Notes under the pieces: generated by a model
What the model was told of the DNA's origin: nothing
Seen by the model: the letters and a program-made list of their open reading frames with translations, nothing else
Databases searched by the model: none
Source: Caulobacteraceae bacterium
Lineage (GTDB): Bacteria; Pseudomonadota; Alphaproteobacteria; Caulobacterales; Caulobacteraceae
Direction: 5' to 3'
Length of the DNA: 64,000 bases
Assembly (NCBI GenBank): GCA_036502045.1
Contig: DASXZG010000081.1
Location: forward strand, 22,599 to 86,598
Made by a program: the position numbers and the translations under genes
Part shown: piece after piece, positions 19,006 to 26,531 of the stretch
Layout of the letters: the number at the start of each line of letters is the position of its first letter
Position numbering within the stretch: the stretch's first letter is position 1

Positions 19006-19030
19006 TCCGGCGGCCCCTCCCGCCGCCGGA
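19006..19030 (+). terminator. GC-rich hairpin after the gcrA-like operon
   Basis: TCCGGCGGC-CCCTCCC-GCCGCCGGA, a perfect 9-bp stem; no U-tract, so it is weak as an intrinsic terminator. Confidence 0.4.
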
Positions 19031-19176
19031 TCGGCGCTCCTCGATCCCCTCGGAAGCGCCATCTTAGACAGGGACGTCGGCCGCGCCTCGATCTTGTGCG
19101 GTTTCGAGCGCTCCGGCGTCCCTGTCGACCTTTTCCTTGCAATCGAGCGTAACCGGCGCGTGCTAGCCTTCCGGGC

Positions 19177-19695
19177 ATGGGCGCGATCATCGTCATCTCC
19201 GGCCCCGTCGGCGCCGGCAAGACCACCGTCGCCCGCGAGCTTCTGGCCCGCACACCGCCGCCCGCCGCCTTCGTCGAGGGCGATGCGTTCTGGCCGTTCG
19301 TCGCCAAGCCCCGGCCACAGGCGCCGCGCCAGCAAGCGTTCCAAACCATCATGAAGGCGATGTTCCGCAGCGCCGCGGCCTTCGCCGGCGACGGCTTCAC
19401 CGCCCTGCTCGATTTCTCCATGCCCCCGACGTTCCTCGAGCGCGCCAGCGCCCGGGTCAGCGACCCGATTCATTTCGTGGTGCTGAAGCCGGCGCTGGCC
19501 GTCTGCACGGCGAGGGCGGCCGAGCGCGTCGAGGGGCGCATCGACGACTACGAACCCTACGCGGCGCTCTACGACCTGTTCCAGGTTCCTGAACGCCACG
19601 TCCTCGCCAACGACGAACTGGCGCCAGCCGCTGCGGCCGCGGAGATTGCGGCGGGCGTACGCGCCGGCCGCTTCCGCTACGCCGCTGAGCCCTAA
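19177..19695 (+). CDS. P-loop kinase (AAA_33/shikimate kinase-like small-molecule phosphotransferase)
   Basis: IIVISGPVGAGKTTVARELL Walker A, FVEGDAF, and lid-like CTARAAER. Confidence 0.8.
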   Translation: MGAIIVISGPVGAGKTTVARELLARTPPPAAFVEGDAFWPFVAKPRPQAPRQQAFQTIMKAMFRSAAAFAGDGFTALLDFSMPPTFLERASARVSDPIHFVVLKPALAVCTARAAERVEGRIDDYEPYAALYDLFQVPERHVLANDELAPAAAAAEIAAGVRAGRFRYAAEP

Positions 19696-21857
19696 CCCCG
19701 GGCGCGCTCCACGGTCTCCACCGACGGGCAGGCGCGCAGGGCCGCGGCGATGTGGGTGATGTGCTTGGCGTCCTTCACCTCGATGTCGATGTCGGCGTCG
19801 AAGAACGACGAATGCCGATGATGCATCGACAGGCCAACGATGTTGCCGCCCGCCTCGCCGATGATGGCGCAAGCCTCGCCCAGCACCCCGGGCGCATCGA
19901 GAATGGTCGCGCGCAACGTCGCTCTGGACAGCGTGTCCCGCTCGGCCTCGGGCGTCCATTGCAGGTCGCGCCACAGCTCTTCGCGGTCCTCGTACTTGGC
20001 CAGCTCCGGGCAATCGATGGCGTGCACGGTTAGGCCCTTGCCCGCCGACACGATGCCGACGATGCGGTCGCCCGGCACCGGCTTGCAGCACGGCGCGAAA
20101 TGCAGGGAGACGCCAGGGGTCAATCCGCCGCCGCGGACGAAGACGTGGGCCGAGCGGCCGTCCTCGATCTTGCGCCGCGCCGTCGCCGCGGCGCGCTCGG
20201 TGTCCTTCAGGCCGGGAAACACCGTCTCCAGCACCTCCACCGGCGTCACCCTTCCGCGCCCGATGGCGTCGTAGAGCTCGGCCTCGCTGGCGAGTGCAAA
20301 GCGCTCGAACGCCGGACGCAGCGACACCGCCGTCTTGGCCCGCCCGGCGCGCTCAAAACTCTGGTCGAGCGAGGCTTTGCCCAGGCGCGCGAACTCTTCC
20401 TTCTCCGAGAGGCGGATGTGGCGGCGGATACCGGCGCGGGCGCGCCCGGTGATCGCTAGCGAGGGCCAGTCGGCCGGCGCCTGCGCCTTGGCGCCGCGGA
20501 TCACTTCCACCACGTCGCCGTTGGTGAGCTCGGTGCGCAGCGCGCGCAGCTCGCCGTTGATCTTCACCCCCACGCAGGTGTCGCCGACGTCGGTGTGCAC
20601 CGCATAGGCGAAGTCCAGCGGCATCGCGCCTCGCGGCAGGCTGACCAACCGTCCCTTGGGCGTGAACACGAACACCTGGTCGAGGAACATCTCCAGCTTG
20701 GCGTGCTCGACCAGCTCTTCGGAGTCGCCGCCGTGCTCCAGCACCTGCACCAGCTGCCGCAGGTTCGCCAGCGGGTCGCGCCCGCCTGCCGCCTCCGCCG
20801 CCTCGGGGTCGAAGCCGTACGACTGGTCCTTGTAGCGCCAGTGCGCCGCGACGCCCTCTTCCGCCACCAGGTCCATGCCTTCGGTGCGGATCTGCATCTC
20901 GATGCGCATCCCCTTCGGCCCCACCACAGTGGTGTGGATCGAGCGGTAGTTGTTGCGCTTCGGCGTCGAGATGAAGTCCTTGAACCGCTCGGGCACGCAC
21001 GGCCAGGTGCGGTGGATGACGCCCAGCGCCCGATAGCAATCGGTCTCGGTGTCGACGATCACGCGGAAGGCGAAGATGTCGGAGAGCTGCGAGAAGCCGA
21101 TCGACTTGCGCTGCAGCTTTCGCCAGATCGAATAAGGATGCTTCTCGCGGCCAAAGACCCGCGCGGGCACGCCGGCGTCCTCCAGCTTGGCCGAGACCTC
21201 GCGACTGACAATCGCGACCGCCTCGCCCTGCCCGGCTCTGAGCGTGTCCAGTCGCCGCACGATGGCGTCGCGGGCAACAGGATTGAGCTGCGAGAACGCC
21301 AGCTCCTCCAGCTCGATGCAGATCTGGTGGCAGCCGATCGAGCGCGCCAGCGGCGCGTAGATCTCCAGCGTCTCGCGCGCGATCCGCTCGCGCTTGGCCG
21401 CGCTCTTGATGAAGTGCAGCGTGCGCATGTTGTGCAGCCGGTCCGCCAGCTTCACCAGCAGCACCCGCACGTCCTTGGAGATGGCCAGGATGAACTTGCG
21501 CAGGTTCTCGGCCTGGCGCTTGTGCTCGGCGGTCAGCTCCAGCTTGGAGAGCTTGGTGACGCCGGCGACCAATTCGGCGATCTCTTCGCCGAAGATGCTG
21601 GCGATCTCGTCCTGCGTGACCTCGGTGTCCTCGATCACGTCGTGCAGCAGCGCCGTCACGATGGTGGCGGTGTCCATCCGGTAGTCGGTGAGGATGCCGG
21701 CCACCTCGATCGGGTGCGCGAAGTAAGGATCGCCCGATGCCCGCGTCTGCGAGCCGTGCATGCGGACCGCGAACACGTAGGCGCGGTTGAGCAGCGCCTC
21801 GTCGGCGGTCGGATCGTACGCCCTGACCCGCTCGATCAGCTCGTACTGACGCAGCAT
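19692..21857 (-). CDS. spoT: Bifunctional (p)ppGpp synthetase/hydrolase
   Basis: Intact HD hydrolase (RASGDPYFAHP, LLHDVIED), synthetase (GREKHPYSIW, DIFAFRVI, YRSIHT, EMQIRT), TGS, CC (CCKPVPGD) and ACT domains. The start may extend to CTG 21974. Confidence 0.96.
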   Translation of the reverse strand: MLRQYELIERVRAYDPTADEALLNRAYVFAVRMHGSQTRASGDPYFAHPIEVAGILTDYRMDTATIVTALLHDVIEDTEVTQDEIASIFGEEIAELVAGVTKLSKLELTAEHKRQAENLRKFILAISKDVRVLLVKLADRLHNMRTLHFIKSAAKRERIARETLEIYAPLARSIGCHQICIELEELAFSQLNPVARDAIVRRLDTLRAGQGEAVAIVSREVSAKLEDAGVPARVFGREKHPYSIWRKLQRKSIGFSQLSDIFAFRVIVDTETDCYRALGVIHRTWPCVPERFKDFISTPKRNNYRSIHTTVVGPKGMRIEMQIRTEGMDLVAEEGVAAHWRYKDQSYGFDPEAAEAAGGRDPLANLRQLVQVLEHGGDSEELVEHAKLEMFLDQVFVFTPKGRLVSLPRGAMPLDFAYAVHTDVGDTCVGVKINGELRALRTELTNGDVVEVIRGAKAQAPADWPSLAITGRARAGIRRHIRLSEKEEFARLGKASLDQSFERAGRAKTAVSLRPAFERFALASEAELYDAIGRGRVTPVEVLETVFPGLKDTERAAATARRKIEDGRSAHVFVRGGGLTPGVSLHFAPCCKPVPGDRIVGIVSAGKGLTVHAIDCPELAKYEDREELWRDLQWTPEAERDTLSRATLRATILDAPGVLGEACAIIGEAGGNIVGLSMHHRHSSFFDADIDIEVKDAKHITHIAAALRACPSVETVERARG

Positions 21858-21970
21858 GCGCCGCGCGGCGGGTTTGCCGGCGGCGGACGCAGCTGTGGAA
21901 TTGGAGCCAATCGGAAGCGGGACGGCCTTCAGGGTCGTCTGAGCAGGAGACGCGGCGACGTCGTCCGGGC

Positions 21971-22330
21971 TCAGTAGCGCTCCTCCTGGCCGCCATCGCG
22001 GTCGCTTTGCAGCGCGCGCACCAGTTCCTGCTCGCTCATCTGCATGTGCGTGGGGTCCGCCAGCAGCGCCAGCGTCTCGGCTTCTTCCTCAGCTTCCGAG
22101 TGCTCGTCGACGCGCTGCAGGGTGACGATGACGCCTTCCTTCAGCTCTTCGCCATCGACGACGTCGTCAGCGATCTCGCGCAGCGCCACCACCGGGTTCT
22201 TGTCATTGTCGCGGTCGACCATGATCTGGCCGCCGGCCGAGATGGCCCGCGCCCGATGCGCCGCCAGCAGCACAAGGCCGAAGCGGTTGGGGACCTTGTC
22301 AATGCAGTCTTCGACGGTGACGCGCGCCAT
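21971..22330 (-). CDS. rpoZ: RNA polymerase omega subunit
   Basis: [28 protein letters not shown]...[14 protein letters not shown]. Confidence 0.97.
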   Translation of the reverse strand: MARVTVEDCIDKVPNRFGLVLLAAHRARAISAGGQIMVDRDNDKNPVVALREIADDVVDGEELKEGVIVTLQRVDEHSEAEEEAETLALLADPTHMQMSEQELVRALQSDRDGGQEERY

Positions 22331-22390
22331 GAATCTCGCTTTCGGGGATGGAACCCAGGAAGATAAAGCCTGGCGCGCCTTTGCGCAATG

Positions 22391-22807
22391 TTAGCTGGCC
22401 CCGGCTGGGTGGATCAGCCGCAACCGCGGGAAGTAGGTTCGGTAGCGGCGCGCGTCGCGAGTCAGGAGGTCGTAGCCAGCGACGGCCGCGTGTGCGCCGA
22501 TCAGGAAATCCGGCAAGGGAGAGCTTCGGACGCCGCCACGGCGCCGATACGCCAGGAAGGCTTTGCCCGCCAGAAACGCAGCCTCGAACGGTATCTGCTC
22601 GCGCGCGTAGATCGCCGCCGGCAATGCAGCCTCCAGATCCTCGACTCTCTCGAAGCCGACCGAGACCTCGGCGTAGATGACAGCGTTGATGACCAGTTGC
22701 GCCCGCTCGATCGCCGCAGCGAGCGCCCCTTCGGACCACGCAAACCAAGGGCTGTCGGTGGTGAGGGTGTCCAAAAGCACGTTGCTGTCGACGAGGACCG
22801 CCGGCAC
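22391..22807 (-). CDS. vapC: PIN-domain toxin (VapC family)
   Basis: VLVDSNVLLD, YAEVS, PDFLIGAHA, LLTRD acidic PIN motifs; start overlaps the antitoxin stop. Confidence 0.92.
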   Translation of the reverse strand: MPAVLVDSNVLLDTLTTDSPWFAWSEGALAAAIERAQLVINAVIYAEVSVGFERVEDLEAALPAAIYAREQIPFEAAFLAGKAFLAYRRRGGVRSSPLPDFLIGAHAAVAGYDLLTRDARRYRTYFPRLRLIHPAGAS

Positions 22808-23043
22808 TACTCGCCCCGCGTCAGGGCCATGATTTCTTCGGTCGTCATCTTGATGTCGCCCCGATGAGCCCGGAGATGAGCGACCAGCCTTGCGCCTCGG
22901 CCGGGCTTCTTTCCGGCTTCCGAGCGCCTCAGGCGCACATCCACACCATCGAACTCGAACTCGACATCGGTGTTCGGCAGCAGACCCGATCTCTCTCGGA
23001 TTTCGACCGGTATCGTCACTTGGCCTTTGGACGTGATGCGCAT
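22807..23043 (-). CDS. vapB: AbrB/MazE/SpoVT-family antitoxin
   Basis: GGAG RBS then MRITSKGQVTIPVEIRERSGLLPNTDVEF; 78 aa; upstream of the PIN toxin. Confidence 0.9.
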   Translation of the reverse strand: MRITSKGQVTIPVEIRERSGLLPNTDVEFEFDGVDVRLRRSEAGKKPGRGARLVAHLRAHRGDIKMTTEEIMALTRGE

Positions 23044-23052
23044 CTCAGACTC

Positions 23053-23070
23053 CTTACTTCGAAAAGTAAG
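23053..23070. promoter_or_regulatory. Putative vapBC autoregulatory operator
   Basis: Perfect 7-4-7 palindrome CTTACTT-CGAA-AAGTAAG immediately upstream of the antitoxin RBS. Confidence 0.7.
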
Positions 23071-23135
23071 AAATGTTGCGCAGGCGGACAAGCCCGAGCT
23101 TGCACCGAACGGCGGTCGATGAGATTCCTCCGGCC

Positions 23136-24236
23136 ATGAGCGAAACCCCCGTGCGCCGCATCATGCTGGTGACCGACGCCTGGCCGCCGCAGGTGAACGG
23201 CGTGGTGCGCACGCTGCAGCGCCTGGTCGAAGAACTGCGCGCCATGGGCCTGGAGGTCGAGGTGGTCTCGCCGTCCGACGGCTACCTGACCGTGCCGCTG
23301 GTCACCTACAGCGAGATCCGGCTGGCGCTGGGCGCGCGGGCCGACATCGAGGCGCGTTTCACCCGCTTCGCCCCCGACGCCGTGCACATCGCAACCGAAG
23401 GCACGCTGGGTTGGGCGGCGCGCGCCGTCTGCCTGAAGCACGGCTTCCCCTTCTCCAGCTGCTACCACACGCAGTGGCCGGAGTACGTCAACGCCCGCTT
23501 CCCGGTCGTGCCGCTGGCGGCAGGCTACGGCGTGGTGCGAGCCTTCCACAGCCGCTCGGGCCGGGTGATGGTCTCGCTCGACTCGATGCAGACGTTGCTG
23601 GAACAGCGCGGCTTCAAGAACCTCGGCCACTGGCGGCGTGCGGTGGACACCGAGCTCTTCGATCCGGCGCTGCGGGATGCGGACGGCGGCGTCTACGCGG
23701 GTCTGCCCCGTCCGATTTTCGTCAACGTCGGCCGCGTGGCGGTGGAGAAGAATCTGGAGGCGTTCCTGGATCTCGACCTGCCCGGGACCAAGGTGATTGT
23801 GGGCGATGGCCCCGACCGCGAGATGCTGCAGGCGAAATATCCGGGCGTCGTCTTCACCGGCTACAAGTCGGGGACAGAACTGGCGCGCCACTTCGCCGAC
23901 GCCGACGTTTTCGTGTTCCCCAGCCTCACCGAGACCTGGGGCGGGGTGATGGTCGAAGCGCTGGCCGCCGGCACGCCGGTGGCCGGCTTCCCGGCCCCCG
24001 GCCCGCGCGACTTCGACCGCTCCGTCGTGGCTGTCGACGACGATCTGCGCGCCGCCTGCCTAGCGGCGCTGGCGATGGACCGCACGGCGGCGCGCGCCTA
24101 CGCCGAGCGCTTCTCCTGGCGCGCCTGCGCCGAGGATTTCGTGCGCAACCTCTCGCCCCTGCCGCCGGTCCAGCGCCGCCGCCTGTTCAGCCGCCTCAGG
24201 GCGCTGCGCAAACGGCGCTGGCTGAAAGCGGCGTAG
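23136..24236 (+). CDS. GT4 glycosyltransferase, resembling glycosyl-diacylglycerol synthases
   Basis: IMLVTDAWPPQVNGVVRTL, HIATEGTLG, VGRVAVEKNL, FVFPSLTETWGGVMVEALAAGTPV; start trimmed to ATG 23136. Confidence 0.9.
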   Translation: MSETPVRRIMLVTDAWPPQVNGVVRTLQRLVEELRAMGLEVEVVSPSDGYLTVPLVTYSEIRLALGARADIEARFTRFAPDAVHIATEGTLGWAARAVCLKHGFPFSSCYHTQWPEYVNARFPVVPLAAGYGVVRAFHSRSGRVMVSLDSMQTLLEQRGFKNLGHWRRAVDTELFDPALRDADGGVYAGLPRPIFVNVGRVAVEKNLEAFLDLDLPGTKVIVGDGPDREMLQAKYPGVVFTGYKSGTELARHFADADVFVFPSLTETWGGVMVEALAAGTPVAGFPAPGPRDFDRSVVAVDDDLRAACLAALAMDRTAARAYAERFSWRACAEDFVRNLSPLPPVQRRRLFSRLRALRKRRWLKAA

Positions 24237-24242
24237 CGTCGT

Positions 24243-24515
24243 TTGCCGATTATCTCGATCTTCTTCGGGATCGTCGTTCGCATCAACTTCGGCGACCACG
24301 CTCCGCCGCACCTGCACGCCGAGTATCAAGGCGAGGAAGCGTTGTTCGACCTGCGAACTGCCGAGGTGATCGCCGGTCATTTGCCTCGTTCCGCTCGCAG
24401 GTTGGTCACCGACTGGATGACGCGACACCAAGCCGATTTGCTGCGAAACTGGGATTTGGCTTCGAGAGGCCAGCCCACGTTTCGGATTGAGGGTCTGGAC
24501 AATGAGCGTGATTGA
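24243..24515 (+). CDS. DUF4160-family protein (putative TA toxin)
   Basis: MPIISIFFGIVVRINFGDHAPPHLHAEYQGEEALFDL...LLRNWD matches DUF4160; TTG start; codon usage less GC-rich than the flanks. Confidence 0.85.
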   Translation: MPIISIFFGIVVRINFGDHAPPHLHAEYQGEEALFDLRTAEVIAGHLPRSARRLVTDWMTRHQADLLRNWDLASRGQPTFRIEGLDNERD

Positions 24516-24783
24516 CTTGGTGAAGGCTCGAAGTGTCCGCGCCCTACCTGGCCATCAGCTTGAGGTCGAGTTCAGCGATGGTAGCTCCGGCGTCGCATCG
24601 CTGGAGGCATTCGTCCGCCTGGGGCCCATGATGGCGCCGCTGATCGACCCGGAGTTCTTCGTACGAGTGTTCCTTGAGATGGGCGTGCCTACATGGCCGA
24701 ACGGCTGCGACATCGATCCGACAGCGCTCAGAATGCGGATGATCGAGGACGGAACGCTCCATCGGCCGCTTGCGGCGGAATAA
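24502..24783 (+). CDS. DUF2442-family protein (putative TA antitoxin)
   Basis: VRALPGHQLEVEFSDG...L.DP.FF..V......TWPNGCDIDP matches DUF2442; overlaps the end of DUF4160. Confidence 0.85.
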   Translation: MSVIDLVKARSVRALPGHQLEVEFSDGSSGVASLEAFVRLGPMMAPLIDPEFFVRVFLEMGVPTWPNGCDIDPTALRMRMIEDGTLHRPLAAE

Positions 24784-24788
24784 GCTGC

Positions 24789-25349
24789 TCAGGCGTCCTG
24801 CCGCGTCACGATCGAGCCTTCCGGCAGCGCCGTCAGGGCCACGCCGCTCTCCGGCTTGTCGCTCAGCCAATCGGCCCAATCAGCCGGCTTGAGGATCACC
24901 ACCTGGCGGTCATGCAGTGGGGCGATATCCGGGCCAGGATCGCAGGTCAGCAGGGTGAAACGGTCGTCGCGCCGCAGGCCGGCGATGCAGAACATCTCCT
25001 CGCCCGCCACCTCACAGCGCCACTTGGTCTTCGGATACTTGGTCCCGGTGAACTCGAAGAAGTGCGTCGCCGGCACGAGGCAGCGGCCGTGGCTGAAGCG
25101 CCGGCCCTCGGAGCGGAAGTTGATCACTGGGCCCGCTTTCGGCCGCGGCGGCGGAAACCCCCAGCGCATCTGCTCCAGCCGGACGCCATCGCCATCGCCG
25201 ACGATCACCGGCGCCGGATCCGTCGGGTGGATCTCGTCGAGCGGCGCCAGGTTAGGCCGCGCGTCCGGCCAGTGAAACGGCAAGTTCCGGTCAGCGAACA
25301 GCTCCACCAGGCGGCTGAGCGGCGAGTTGTAGCCATAGCGGTTACACAT
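24789..25349 (-). CDS. SOS response-associated peptidase (SRAP/YedK/HMCES family)
   Basis: N-terminal MCNRY (Cys2), IHPTDPAPVI, MRWGF, INFRSE, RCLVPATHFFEF, HDR. Confidence 0.9.
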   Translation of the reverse strand: MCNRYGYNSPLSRLVELFADRNLPFHWPDARPNLAPLDEIHPTDPAPVIVGDGDGVRLEQMRWGFPPPRPKAGPVINFRSEGRRFSHGRCLVPATHFFEFTGTKYPKTKWRCEVAGEEMFCIAGLRRDDRFTLLTCDPGPDIAPLHDRQVVILKPADWADWLSDKPESGVALTALPEGSIVTRQDA

Positions 25350-25381
25350 GGCGGCAAGCCACCACGGATCGCCGCGCGTGG

Positions 25382-25915
25382 CTAGATCGGCTGGGCGTCA
25401 GCCCCCACCGTCGCCGAGGCCGCCAGCGCCGCCGCCGTCTCCCCACTCACGGGGTGGCGCCAGTCCGGCGCGATCTCGGCCAGCGGCCCCATCACGAACC
25501 GCCGCTCAGCGGCGCGCGGGTGCGGCACGATCAGGCCCGGCGCGTCGATCACGCGCCGCCCGTAGGCGATCAGGTCGAGATCGAGCGTCCGCGCTGCGTT
25601 GACCGCCGTTCGGGTGCGTCCGAATTGCGACTCGAGGTCGCGGATCGCCCCCATCAACCCCTCCGGCGCGAGCACAGTCTCGACAATTGTAACGCCATTA
25701 AGATACGCAGGCTGGCTTGGATCGGGCCAGGCGGCGGAGCGCCACCAGCCCGACCGCCGGACAACGCGCAAGCCGGCACGCGGAAAGGCAAAGAGGACCG
25801 CTTCCAAAAGCGCTTCGACGCTGGGATAGTCCCCAGCGAGATTTCCGCCGAGCGCGAGGACGATGGCCTCGTCAGGGGGGGCGGAGCGAACTCCCGGAAG
25901 GATCTCCAGAGCCAT
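25382..25915 (-). CDS. folK: 2-amino-4-hydroxy-6-hydroxymethyldihydropteridine diphosphokinase
   Basis: IVLALGGNL, QPAYLNGV, FGRTR...NAARTLDLDLI, PHPRAAERRFVMGPLAEIAP. Confidence 0.95.
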   Translation of the reverse strand: MALEILPGVRSAPPDEAIVLALGGNLAGDYPSVEALLEAVLFAFPRAGLRVVRRSGWWRSAAWPDPSQPAYLNGVTIVETVLAPEGLMGAIRDLESQFGRTRTAVNAARTLDLDLIAYGRRVIDAPGLIVPHPRAAERRFVMGPLAEIAPDWRHPVSGETAAALAASATVGADAQPI

Positions 25916-26531
25916 GACCTTCTATCCCACGGACCGGATCGCCCTCTTCATCGACGGCGCGAACCTCTACTCGTCCGCCAAGGGGCTGGGCTTCGACATC
26001 GACTACAAGCGGCTCTTGGAAGAGTTCCGCGCCCGCGGCGTGCTGGTGCGCGCCTACTACTACACGGCGCTGGTGGAAGAGCAGGACTATTCGCCGATCC
26101 GCCCGCTGGTCGACTGGCTCGACTACAACGGCTTCACTCTGGTGACCAAGACCGCGCGCGAATACACCGACGCGCAGGGGCGCAAGCGCTGGCGCGGCGA
26201 CATGGATGTCGATCTGGCCGTCGACATGATGGAAATCTGCGACCGCGTCGATCACGTGGTGCTCTTCTCCGGCGACGGCGACTTCCGCCGGCTGGTCGAA
26301 GCGGTGCAGCGCCGCGGCGTCCGCGTGACCGTGGTCTCGACGGTGAAGTCGCAGCCGCCGATGGCGTCCGACGATCTGCGCCGCCAGGCGGACGTGTTCA
26401 TCGACCTCGCCGATCTCGCCGACATCATCGGCCGTCCGGCCCGGCTGCCCGGCGTCATCCGCGAAGCCAAGGCCACCGCCAGAGCCGCGGTCCGCCCCGA
26501 GCATCAGGACGCCGACGCGCACCACGACTGA
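25914..26531 (+). CDS. NYN-domain protein (LabA/DUF88 family)
   Basis: MTFYPTDRIALFIDGANLY, GDMDVDLAVDM, LFSGDGDF, LRRQADVFIDL; ATG at 25914. Confidence 0.92.
   Translation: MTFYPTDRIALFIDGANLYSSAKGLGFDIDYKRLLEEFRARGVLVRAYYYTALVEEQDYSPIRPLVDWLDYNGFTLVTKTAREYTDAQGRKRWRGDMDVDLAVDMMEICDRVDHVVLFSGDGDFRRLVEAVQRRGVRVTVVSTVKSQPPMASDDLRRQADVFIDLADLADIIGRPARLPGVIREAKATARAAVRPEHQDADAHHD

Noticed and set aside
22391-25349. Prophage or integrative element
   Set aside because: No integrase, transposase, structural genes or flanking direct repeats visible; recorded only as an insertion hot spot.
25350-25381. LexA (GTTC-N7-GTTC) box upstream of SRAP
   Set aside because: No such motif in the 32-bp gap; SOS control is not supported from sequence.
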